A DNA stretch of 64,000 nt, from positions 29,934 to 93,933 of the forward strand of contig JAJDJJ010000002.1 of assembly GCA_030267125.1 (NCBI GenBank), given 5' to 3'. A program made the translations under genes and the position numbers. This DNA is from Bacteroidales bacterium OttesenSCG-928-B11 (lineage in GTDB: Bacteria; Bacteroidota; Bacteroidia; Bacteroidales; WCHB1-69). Positions 1-8,089 of the stretch are shown here, piece after piece; position 1 is the stretch's first letter; each line of letters starts with the position of its first letter. Under the pieces are notes generated by a model, which had not been told where the DNA came from, did not search any database, and was given only the letters and a program-made list of their open reading frames with translations.

Positions 1-310
1 CAACTGAAATATTTGAATTTACTCAAACACCGAAGATGTAGTAACTTGGAGTCATTACAAAGTATGTCGCTTTTTCAGGCATTCTTCCCAAATAAACATA
101 ATTTAGTCTATTGAAATGCCATTCGACTAAATAGTAAGCCCTTATTTTGCAAAGTGATTCTATTCTACTGGCTTTCAAAAATTTGAAGACATTATTGGAA
201 GTTTTGATTTTTGGGTGAAATGAATTTTCTATTAAGTGGTCAAAACGGCTATTATAAAAATTCAATCACGCTTCTGTAAGATTTCCTTTCGATCTTCGTA
301 TTATTGCTGT

Positions 311-805
311 ATGAATGACAAAAATTTTGCCCGGAAAATTTTGCCGCTATCAGACCAGCTATATCGTTTTGCTTTGTCGATCCTGAAAGATTCGGAAAAT
401 GCAAAGGATTGCGTGCAAGATCTTTTTGTCAAGATGATTGAGAAAGATCGGAGATGGGAGGAGATGGACAACCCGAAATCTTTCCTGATGTTTGTTCTTC
501 GGAACCAATGTATTGACAGACTTCGTACTACTAAATCACACGAATCCACCGATTTAGAACTCGTCAACCACGCACCCAACCCGCACCAAAAGATGGAACA
601 GAAAGAGAGCATGAGAATGATTAAACAATATATAGGAACACTGCCCGAAATCCAGCGCACAATCATCCATCTCCGCGATATTGAGGGTTTGGAAATTGCA
701 GAAATTACAGAAATCGTCTCCATGACCGAGAATGCAGTGTATGTGAACCTATCGCGAGCACGGCAGAAGATCAGAGAAAAATTGAACTACTTGAATAATA
801 AATAA
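311..805 (+). CDS. ECF-type RNA polymerase sigma-70 family factor
   Basis: ORF 236..805. The internal ATG at 311 gives MNDKNFARKILP.... Region-2-like block (DCVQDLFVKMIEK, FLMFVLRNQCIDRLR) and region-4 HTH (LPEIQRTIIHLRDIEGLEIAEITEIVSMTENAVYVNLSRARQKIR) are typical of ECF sigmas. Confidence 0.85.
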   Translation: MNDKNFARKILPLSDQLYRFALSILKDSENAKDCVQDLFVKMIEKDRRWEEMDNPKSFLMFVLRNQCIDRLRTTKSHESTDLELVNHAPNPHQKMEQKESMRMIKQYIGTLPEIQRTIIHLRDIEGLEIAEITEIVSMTENAVYVNLSRARQKIREKLNYLNNK

Positions 806-809
806 AACC

Positions 810-1304
810 ATGAAAGAAGAGATCAGAAAATATATAACTAACTATTTTGAAGGCTGCTCTACTTTAGAGGAGGAGAAGGCACTGAGAGCCTATTTCACTT
901 CGAACGATGTGGATGAAGAGCTCCTTGAGTATCAACCTCTTTTCAGTCTTTATCAGCAAGAGCAAGAGGTTAAAATGCCGGCGGATATGAAGATCATCTT
1001 ATCGGATGGGAAACCGTATCGCCCTCATCACTACCGTTTTCGAAATTGGAAGATGTATGCGGCAGGTATCGCGGCCTCCTTCGTATTGATCATCTCCCTC
1101 TATTTTATCTTCAACCCGCCCACACACGAGCTGCTCTGCGAAAATTATGTGGTCGTGAACGGAGAGACTATTTGCGATATTGATATCGTGAACCAATATA
1201 CCGATGATGTGATGAACAAGATTGATGAGCTGTTGAATGAGAGTGATAAAATTTTAGAAGAGCAGGGAAAGATGATGAAAGAATTTAATATCAGTGATTT
1301 ATAA
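810..1304 (+). CDS. putative anti-sigma factor / single-pass membrane protein
   Basis: Starts 4 nt after the sigma stop. Cytoplasmic N-terminus followed by one hydrophobic helix (YAAGIAASFVLIISLYFIF). The position is typical for a cognate anti-sigma. No specific domain recognised. Confidence 0.5.
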   Translation: MKEEIRKYITNYFEGCSTLEEEKALRAYFTSNDVDEELLEYQPLFSLYQQEQEVKMPADMKIILSDGKPYRPHHYRFRNWKMYAAGIAASFVLIISLYFIFNPPTHELLCENYVVVNGETICDIDIVNQYTDDVMNKIDELLNESDKILEEQGKMMKEFNISDL

Positions 1305-1322
1305 CTACTAATATACCATACA

Positions 1323-1778
1323 ATGAAAAAATATATATTATGCTGCATGATGGTTTTCCTGACGGTCAGCACACTGAAAGGACAGACGGTTCACATCTAC
1401 AGTGCGCCTTATATCGGTAAGATTTTCGATTACTATCGCACGCAAGATAATTTCACTTATATCAATCGCTATTTCAAAAAGGATAAACACAATCCGATTC
1501 CTTACCGAAAATATATCCTGACTACCAAAGCCGATCCCGATAGTGAATTAGTAAAAAAACTGAGCGAAGAGGTTCGTTACGCCACCAAAAACAGCAGTTT
1601 CAAATTAGTAGAAACCGTCCAGAAAGAGGGAAGTATGGTAGAGGTTTACGAATACACCCATACCCGGGAAAATAAACCGCCAAACAAACTCATCTTCTCC
1701 ATCATAATCAATAAAGAAGATCGAAGCAAGAGTGAAGTGAGTTTGATATTGACGACGTATTATATGAGTTATAAGTGA
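1323..1778 (+). CDS. secreted small protein, DUF4252-like by context and pattern
   Basis: Signal peptide MKKYILCCMMVFLTVSTLKGQ. About 150 aa, and third gene after sigma/anti-sigma as in many Bacteroidota DUF4252 clusters. Sequence resemblance is judged by eye only. Confidence 0.45.
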   Translation: MKKYILCCMMVFLTVSTLKGQTVHIYSAPYIGKIFDYYRTQDNFTYINRYFKKDKHNPIPYRKYILTTKADPDSELVKKLSEEVRYATKNSSFKLVETVQKEGSMVEVYEYTHTRENKPPNKLIFSIIINKEDRSKSEVSLILTTYYMSYK

Positions 1779-2095
1779 TGAGTTATGAGTTATAAATTAT
1801 GAGTTGGGGAGTTATATTTCATCCCAGCGGGATGACAGCTTGGTAGATTATGAATTAGGAGTTGGGAAGTTATATTTCATCCCAGCGGGATGACAGCTCG
1901 GTAGATTATGAGTTGGGGGATTGGGAGAGGCCTTTCATCCCAGCGGAATGAAAGCTCGGTAGATTATGAGTGACAGGGCTGAAAGCCCGCCTTGATTCAG
2001 CCCAATGCGAAGCGTTGGGGAGTTTGGGGGATTGGGAGTTGTATTTCATCCCAGCGGGATGAGAGCTCGGTAGAAGATAATAGGGATTGCGGAAA
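1766..2095. repeat. array A of a 58-bp-period hairpin tandem repeat (4 core copies plus a nested 50-nt element)
   Basis: Core TTTCATCCCAGCGGGATGA(C/G)AGCTCGGTAG at 1817-1846, 1875-1904, 1933-1962 (degenerate: GGAATGAAAG) and 2044-2073. Linkers are GAGTTGGG-rich. Head and tail sequences are shared with array B. Confidence 0.9.
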
Positions 2096-2146
2096 TCACA
2101 ACTCCGTAGGAGTTGAACAATCGGAATAGAATAAAATGAAATATGA

Positions 2147-3844
2147 ATGAGAAATTATAGTGAGATGAAAACAATAAACAAACTTGTGAATCCCCAACAT
2201 CTAACCTTATTTGAAATAGGGAAGAATACTATCATTATCCTGATGATCCTGATCTCTGTGAGTACGGCTTCCGCTCAACGTTTTGAGCGATATAAAGACA
2301 GTGTTTCCGTTGTGGAGTTATCAAAAAAAGAGTGGCTCTATATTAATCATCGGAGAGAGGATACAACTCTCCTGAAAAAGAAAAGCGAGCCTCTTTCAAA
2401 AGAAGAGTACATAGAAGATCTGCGCTATTTTGAAGAAAAATTAGTGCAAATTGATCCGACCATTCCGATCAAAACCGCCATGACCGGCTATCCGATTATG
2501 GAGAAAATCAGGGAGAATAATAAACTGTTTGAAAGCGGTCTTTGGGAAACAGATTATATATGCAAGAAGGCCTGCCAATTTAGCAATCTGTTGCTCGAAG
2601 ATCTGAATTTTTGTACAAGCACATCTCATCTTCATATACTCAGAAGATCTGATTTTAAAAATAAATCTCTTTCGAAAAGTATTTATTATTCTACGATTTT
2701 CCGCTCCTACCCATCCTCTAACAAGGATTATTTATACATAGATGGCGATTACTATTTTGCGTATTCTAATTATAATAAACACAAAAGGAATTATTGGAAT
2801 AGAGTTGATAGTGTGATTACATCACGACTTGTCGAAAACAATGGCGATCCCTATCCTATATTGGGGATCACGAATTTTAAAGATTTTGATTTTATACAAT
2901 GGGATTATCATAATCAAAAATTTTACAGTGAATACAGTTATAAGCAGCAGCTATCAACAAATTTAATGATGCAGGATGCGAGTGGTGAAAAGCATGAGAT
3001 GAAAGATGTAAGTGGAGGTACATTTAATTTTTATGAACTTCAGGCAATAGACAGCGAGCATTCCATTGTTTTTTATGATGCTGAATGTCAGCTGCTTTAT
3101 GTGAAAATGCCAATACTAAAAGAGATAAATAATTGGATGACAAAACATTCTTTTGATAGATTGCAAGATTACTTAGCCGCAATATCTGATCAGATTTCAC
3201 AATATAAAGGAGTGGGAATTAAAAAGGTTGTTTTTGATCTGCGTTATAGTGCTTACAATCCCATAACTGAATTGCTCTCTTTGGTTATTAAGGAACCACT
3301 TTATATTCAAAACGATGTCTATATTTTAAATAATGAATATGTGATTGATTTGGTTTCAAAGACATTTGAGAATAAAATAGATGGAAGTCGGATACGAGAG
3401 GAGTGCGGGACAAGCTATCTTTTGTATAACTCCCGGATAGATACGATTTCCCCGCGAGAAAATTCGTTAAACTATGAAGGAAATATCTATTTTTTTGTGA
3501 ATGGACAGGCATCTTCATCCGATTTAACCGTATTAGCACAACTCTCTCAATTTCAGCGTTTCAGAATCTGGGGTGTTCCAAACGGATTTTTTCTTAATCC
3601 AGGATTTCTTTGGGATGAATATGTTTTTGAAATACTTCCCAAAACCAGGTATGCTATTTCCATCAACCCCTTCATCACCTTTCCCCCGAAACTCGAAAAC
3701 TTCTATGATGCCGGTATTGAAAAACGAATCTTTATGACCAAAGAACAGGATGTGCTTTTCAGAACAACCAAAGGCTATATCTTCACCTACGAGTTCCTGA
3801 AAGAGAATGATCCCTATTTCCGGGAACTGTTGGAAGAGTTATAA
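2147..3844 (+). CDS. secreted/membrane-anchored protein, S41-peptidase-like (paralogue 1)
   Basis: 565 aa with N-terminal hydrophobic segment IIILMILISVSTASAQ. The C-terminal half has a DLR block (VVFDLRYSAYNP), a Ser-rich turn (FFVNGQASSSDL) and GVPNG, resembling S41 family layout. Clear paralogue of 4097..5815. Confidence 0.4.
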   Translation: MRNYSEMKTINKLVNPQHLTLFEIGKNTIIILMILISVSTASAQRFERYKDSVSVVELSKKEWLYINHRREDTTLLKKKSEPLSKEEYIEDLRYFEEKLVQIDPTIPIKTAMTGYPIMEKIRENNKLFESGLWETDYICKKACQFSNLLLEDLNFCTSTSHLHILRRSDFKNKSLSKSIYYSTIFRSYPSSNKDYLYIDGDYYFAYSNYNKHKRNYWNRVDSVITSRLVENNGDPYPILGITNFKDFDFIQWDYHNQKFYSEYSYKQQLSTNLMMQDASGEKHEMKDVSGGTFNFYELQAIDSEHSIVFYDAECQLLYVKMPILKEINNWMTKHSFDRLQDYLAAISDQISQYKGVGIKKVVFDLRYSAYNPITELLSLVIKEPLYIQNDVYILNNEYVIDLVSKTFENKIDGSRIREECGTSYLLYNSRIDTISPRENSLNYEGNIYFFVNGQASSSDLTVLAQLSQFQRFRIWGVPNGFFLNPGFLWDEYVFEILPKTRYAISINPFITFPPKLENFYDAGIEKRIFMTKEQDVLFRTTKGYIFTYEFLKENDPYFRELLEEL

Positions 3845-4077
3845 GTGATGAGTTATGAGTTATAAGTTATGAGTTGGGAGTTGGGAGTGAAGAGGAAGTT
3901 GGGAGATTTCTTTCATCCCAGCGGGATGACAGCTCGGTAGATTATGAGTTGGGGGATTGGAAGTTATATTTCATCCCAGCGGGATGACAGCTCGGTAGCT
4001 TATGAGTTGGGGGATTGGAAGTTGCCTTTCATCCCAGCGGGATGAGAGCTCGGTAGAAGATAACGGGGATTGCAGAA
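3836..4077. repeat. array B of the same 58-bp hairpin tandem repeat (3 core copies)
   Basis: Core copies at 3911-3940, 3969-3998 and 4027-4056. Same head (GAGTTATAAGTGATGAGTTATGAGTTATAA) and tail (GAGAGCTCGGTAGAAGATAAyrGGGATTGCrGAA) as array A. Confidence 0.9.
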
Positions 4078-4096
4078 TTGAAAAATACAATACAAT

Positions 4097-5815
4097 ATGA
4101 AAAATACAGCATTAAAACACCAAAATTCTAACAGTAATATACCATTGCTAACCCGCAATTGCCAATCAAAAATGCTTCTGTTTTTGGCACTTCTCCTCGC
4201 AATGTCTTCGGCGTTTTCACAGAAGAGGTATTATTACAGGAGCTCCGGAGATTCAACAACCCGAGTGCTTTATGAGGAAACTATACCGATTGATAAAAAG
4301 AGTTACTTGTATATTGATTACCACAAAGGCGATACAACTTTGGTGAAAAAGACAAAGCCGGTGAGCCGGGAACTGCTGGCTGAGGATTTGAAGGTAATGT
4401 ATGAAAAACTTGACAGAATTGATCCTTCCATACCAATCATAACCGGTATGACCGGCTATCCGATTATGGATAAAATTCTGGAAAATAATGCTCACTATCC
4501 CGTGAAAAAATTAGACCTTCAGAAATTATTTGACGTTGCCAGAGCTAATCTGAACACTTGTATGAAATTTCAATCGTTTGACAAGCCTTCGCCTAAACAT
4601 CCACAGAGTTTTAATACCACAGCTGAATACAGGAAAAACTGTGGCTGGTTTGCGCCAAATGAAGCCATCAAATATATAGATGGAAAATACTATACGAAGC
4701 GGCAGTGCTTTTTTCAAACATCCTCTTTTTGTTGTTGTAATAAGCCAAATTTACATATAGTAGCAATCAACGGTGTAGCCACCTCGGAGGCATTTAAAAA
4801 CAACATTACTACTCGGGAGAAAATTCTTTTTTCCACTCTTTGGGATCCGGTTCATCGGAAATTCTACTCAAATGATATCAACCACGTCTCCAAAGATGGC
4901 AGGAACCATTTTTTAATGCAGGATGAATATGAATACAACCGTATGGCGAAAAGTCGTGTCCCTTTTTGCCATGAGCAAATAGAATACAATGCGTTGGATG
5001 TTGATTACCCCGTAATTTGGTATCACGAAGAGGCTCGGATTTTATATATGCACATTCCCATTGACGGTTACTATCTTTATCATTTTTATGATGAAGAGCA
5101 AGGGAAATCAAATATGCCGGAAAATAAAGCCTTTGTTGATTCATTGGTTAACAAGATCAAACTCTTTAGTGACAAACCGATAGAGAAAATGGTAGTTGAT
5201 CTGCGGTTCCATTCTTCACGGGATGGCTTCGAAACCAATCTGACTAAATTACTGTCGGCAATCATTGATGAACCCTTGCATCGGAAACGTGACGTTTATA
5301 TCCGCAATACACCCGAAGCCATCGCATTAGTAGAGCAACAATCTTTCTTTAAACCCATTGAAGGAAATCACACAAAAGAAGTTTTCGGTACAAGTTATTT
5401 GCGTTATTCCGAGCTCTCCGACACGATTCATCCGGCAACAAACTCATTGAATTACAAAGGAGAAATATATTTCTTCGTGGATCAGTCCATTAATTCTTAT
5501 GACCTCTGTTTTTTGACTAACATCTCCTCCGATAGTCGTATCAATATCTGGGGTGTTCCCAACGGATCTTTTCTGAATGCTTACATATATCCCTCTCACA
5601 CCATTGAATTGCCCAATACGGGACTTGCTTTCCGCTGTTCGCCCTACATTATCTTTCCCGCCAATATCGAGGATTTCTACAATGGTGGTATCTCTAAGCG
5701 CATTTTCCTTACTATCGAGCAAGAACGTCTTTTCCGTAGCCACAAGGGGCATCTCTTCAACTTTGAGTTTCTGAAGGTGAATGATCCCTATTTCCAATCA
5801 TTGATCAATGATTAA
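4097..5815 (+). CDS. secreted/membrane-anchored protein, S41-peptidase-like (paralogue 2)
   Basis: 572 aa with signal-like MLLFLALLLAMSSAFSQ after a 25-aa N-extension. Shares DPSIPIITGMTGYPIMDKILENN, NSLNYKGEIYFFVD, NIWGVPNGSFLN and NDPYFQSL blocks with paralogue 1. Confidence 0.4.
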   Translation: MKNTALKHQNSNSNIPLLTRNCQSKMLLFLALLLAMSSAFSQKRYYYRSSGDSTTRVLYEETIPIDKKSYLYIDYHKGDTTLVKKTKPVSRELLAEDLKVMYEKLDRIDPSIPIITGMTGYPIMDKILENNAHYPVKKLDLQKLFDVARANLNTCMKFQSFDKPSPKHPQSFNTTAEYRKNCGWFAPNEAIKYIDGKYYTKRQCFFQTSSFCCCNKPNLHIVAINGVATSEAFKNNITTREKILFSTLWDPVHRKFYSNDINHVSKDGRNHFLMQDEYEYNRMAKSRVPFCHEQIEYNALDVDYPVIWYHEEARILYMHIPIDGYYLYHFYDEEQGKSNMPENKAFVDSLVNKIKLFSDKPIEKMVVDLRFHSSRDGFETNLTKLLSAIIDEPLHRKRDVYIRNTPEAIALVEQQSFFKPIEGNHTKEVFGTSYLRYSELSDTIHPATNSLNYKGEIYFFVDQSINSYDLCFLTNISSDSRINIWGVPNGSFLNAYIYPSHTIELPNTGLAFRCSPYIIFPANIEDFYNGGISKRIFLTIEQERLFRSHKGHLFNFEFLKVNDPYFQSLIND

Positions 5816-5830
5816 TGTCTATTTATTCCC

Positions 5831-5838
5831 TATTTTTG
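5831..5838 (+). promoter_or_regulatory. Bacteroidota -7 promoter box (TATTTTTG)
   Basis: Perfect TAnnTTTG match 31 nt upstream of the phnA/yjdM ATG. Confidence 0.45.
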
Positions 5839-5869
5839 CCGCCGTTTTACTAATCCTAAAAAAGCCGAT

Positions 5870-6205
5870 ATGAATGATTTTCCTATTTGCCCGCAATGCA
5901 CGGGCGAGAACGCCTATTTTGATGGAAATATGCATGTTTGTCCCGATTGTTCACACGAATGGAATGAGGAGGAACGCCAAGCCGAAAACGAACAGAATAC
6001 ACCGAGAGATAGTAACGGAACAGAATTGCAGGACGGTGATTCTGTGATTGTTATCAAAACATTAGATGTGAAAGGTTCCACAATGGTGATCAAACGGGGG
6101 ACAAAAGTAAAAAACATCCGTCTGACGGATAACCCGGGTGAAGTGGACTGTAAAGTTGAAGGTTCTTCGATCGTATTGAAAACTTGTTTTTTGAAGAAAG
6201 GGTAA
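5870..6205 (+). CDS. yjdM: zinc-ribbon protein YjdM/PhnA family
   Basis: CPQCTGENAYFDGNMHVCPDCSHEW zinc ribbon plus a C-terminal PhnA-type domain (DSNGTELQDGDSVIVIKTLDVKGS...IVLKTCFLKK). Confidence 0.9.
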   Translation: MNDFPICPQCTGENAYFDGNMHVCPDCSHEWNEEERQAENEQNTPRDSNGTELQDGDSVIVIKTLDVKGSTMVIKRGTKVKNIRLTDNPGEVDCKVEGSSIVLKTCFLKKG

Positions 6206-6223
6206 TTATAGATTCACCCAATA

Positions 6224-6859
6224 TTATTCATATAAAAAATTGATTTCCCGATTTTCATAGTAGATTTTCGCTTTACTAACATGGTCGAAATAATGGTTCG
6301 ATTCTTTGAGATAGCGTTCTTGTAAAAACAGACCTACTTGTTCATTGGTTATGCCGTTTTTGATGAAGGCCGTCATCGTCACCACATCGTTAGGAGTAAA
6401 GACATAGCGAATGGAGTCGATGCCATGCTCCTTCTCTAACGGATAGTATATCAAAACATTATCATTCTCGCTTTTCAAATTCCGCACTTCCGCCAATTTC
6501 AAACCTTCAACAGTCAAAATATTGAGTTTTAGTAATGGCGGATCAAAAAGAGTTTCGTAAGGAATAACCTCCACTTTGCACCTGTCGGCAATATTACCGT
6601 CGCTAATCTCCACAGTTGTAGTTCCAACAAATACACCCGAAACCAACCCTGAGCTATTCACTCTCACCACATTTTCATCACCGGAATAGTATTGAAAATT
6701 TCTCAATTCCGTATTTTCCACAACAACATCTAACTGTAGTGTTTCATCATAATGGAGTGAATAATTGGTTTTTACAAAATCAACACTTGGGGTTTTTTCA
6801 CAAGATGTAAACCCAAATAGTAGCGTTAACGCAATAGCTATCAGCAAATTTTTATTCAT
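6224..6859 (-). CDS. lipoprotein with an Ig-like (Big_2-type) segment
   Basis: Lipobox LLFGFTSC. VRVNSSGLVSGVFVGTTTVEISDGN...CKVEV resembles bacterial Ig-like group 2 domains. The rest is unassigned. Confidence 0.5.
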   Translation of the reverse strand: MNKNLLIAIALTLLFGFTSCEKTPSVDFVKTNYSLHYDETLQLDVVVENTELRNFQYYSGDENVVRVNSSGLVSGVFVGTTTVEISDGNIADRCKVEVIPYETLFDPPLLKLNILTVEGLKLAEVRNLKSENDNVLIYYPLEKEHGIDSIRYVFTPNDVVTMTAFIKNGITNEQVGLFLQERYLKESNHYFDHVSKAKIYYENREINFLYE

Positions 6860-6876
6860 GATCTTAATGTTTAGGA

Positions 6877-7362
6877 TTAGAAATTCAACGTTTTATTGAG
6901 GTTTTTATATGATTCGTCTCGATCAGTGGTGTCTTTTAACAATTTTCCGAAAGCATCGTAGAAGAGCAACCGTTCTTTTTCTCCTTGCTCTATTTCAATC
7001 ACATAGAAAGAAGCATGATCCACTCTTTCGATATAATCAATATCTTCTATTCGCCATGCGGAATAGTTACTATTTTCAACAGCGGTTTTAATGATTTGCG
7101 GCAGATTAGCGTATAATACGTCGCTCTCTGTCATTCTCCATTTGCAATCGTTATCAAACCAAGCCTCTTTGTCGACTGTATTAATTTCAAAATCAACGGT
7201 ATAGAATTTTCCTTCTTTTTCCCAATCAACATCAACCGCTTGGGGAAACATTTTCTTAAAATTATCTTGGACACAAGTTGGGATTCCATTACTTTGCCCT
7301 TGACACGAAATAAAAGTAATGCACACAAATAACATGCTTAACATTGAGTTCCTTCTTTTCAT
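6877..7362 (-). CDS. PepSY-like (DUF2874-type) periplasmic protein
   Basis: Signal/lipobox FVCITFISC. Two repeats of the PepSY-like pattern (FKKMFPQAVDVDWEKEGKFYTVDFE... and VENSNYSAWRIEDIDYIERVDHASFYVIEIE). Confidence 0.55.
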   Translation of the reverse strand: MKRRNSMLSMLFVCITFISCQGQSNGIPTCVQDNFKKMFPQAVDVDWEKEGKFYTVDFEINTVDKEAWFDNDCKWRMTESDVLYANLPQIIKTAVENSNYSAWRIEDIDYIERVDHASFYVIEIEQGEKERLLFYDAFGKLLKDTTDRDESYKNLNKTLNF

Positions 7363-7532
7363 TTTTATTTTTATTAGTGGTTATACAAAAATGGGCTTTA
7401 TTCCATCCCTACAACTTCCCGCATAATGCCGATGATATTTCGGTTCAGGCCTATGCAATTGTCCGTACAAAATTTCAATCGGTATTATTTACGTTTTTTG
7501 ATAACAACGGAATTACGATGAAAGTTCGAATT

Positions 7533-7561
7533 AAAAAAAGGCCGTCCTTTTGGGACAGCCT
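7533..7561 (-). terminator. rho-independent terminator of the Cys-rich lipoprotein gene
   Basis: Minus-strand RNA GGCUGUCC-CAAAA-GGACGGCC (8 bp including one G.U) followed by 7 U. Lies about 25 nt after the stop at 7585. Confidence 0.75.
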
Positions 7562-7584
7562 CTTTTATTATTTCTGTAGTCAAA

Positions 7585-8028
7585 TTATCCTTGACACTCT
7601 TCTTTTTGTTCGTCTTTACAGCATTTTTCGCCTTCTTTTTTGCAGCAGCCAAATTCATCTATAAGCGCTTTTTGCTCATCAATGGTTAGGTTATCAAAAT
7701 TATCCCATTTAGCTTTGAATTCTGCACATTTAGCTGCTTTTTCAGGACATTCTTCCTTAGCGGCGTCACATTTTCCCATTTTTTCTTCAATACAAGCTTT
7801 TCTCATACCGATCAATTCCGCTTTTTTCTCGTCAGTTTGGTTATCCCAATCGTTCCAAGCTTCCATGTTAGCTTTTTGCTCAGGAGTTAATTCTTTACAG
7901 CATTTTTCTTCTCCGTCTTTCTTTTCGCACTCTTGTTGAGGAGCTTCTGTTTCAGGTTGAGCTGGTTTATTTCCACAGGAAGCGAAAATGAATAAACCGG
8001 CAATGGCAATAATAAAAAGTTTTTTCAT
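7585..8028 (-). CDS. Cys/Glu/Lys-rich small lipoprotein, unknown function
   Basis: Lipobox IFASCGN. 13 Cys including three CC pairs. Internal repeat EAWNDWDNQTDEKKAELI / AKWDNFDNLTIDEQKALI. Has its own -7 box and terminator. Confidence 0.7.
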   Translation of the reverse strand: MKKLFIIAIAGLFIFASCGNKPAQPETEAPQQECEKKDGEEKCCKELTPEQKANMEAWNDWDNQTDEKKAELIGMRKACIEEKMGKCDAAKEECPEKAAKCAEFKAKWDNFDNLTIDEQKALIDEFGCCKKEGEKCCKDEQKEECQG

Positions 8029-8066
8029 AATTTCTAATTGTTTTAGGTTAATACTTTTACTGGGCG

Positions 8067-8074
8067 CAAAAGTA
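8067..8074 (-). promoter_or_regulatory. -7 promoter box (TACTTTTG on minus strand)
   Basis: Perfect TAnnTTTG 38 nt upstream of the ATG at 8028. Confidence 0.45.
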
Positions 8075-8089
8075 GTAAAAAAACAGAAA

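Noticed and set aside
23-265. 80-aa minus-strand ORF at the window start (possible transposase or toxin fragment)
   Set aside because: I could not recognise any motif. Its composition (F/Y/N/K-rich) is what an AT-rich non-coding region yields, and it overlaps the ECF sigma upstream region. Not called.
1766-4077. Possible CRISPR arrays (regularly spaced 30-nt palindromic repeats)
   Set aside because: The segments between cores are themselves near-identical (GAGTTGGGGGATTGG...), so there are no unique spacers. The period is 58 nt with only 3-4 units, and no cas genes lie in the window. It is a tandem repeat, not a CRISPR array.
7344-7664. 106-aa plus-strand ORF spanning the 7363-7584 intergenic region
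   Set aside because: It runs through a minus-strand terminator and into the antisense of the Cys-rich lipoprotein gene. It has no promoter box and a Phe/Leu-rich junk-like translation.
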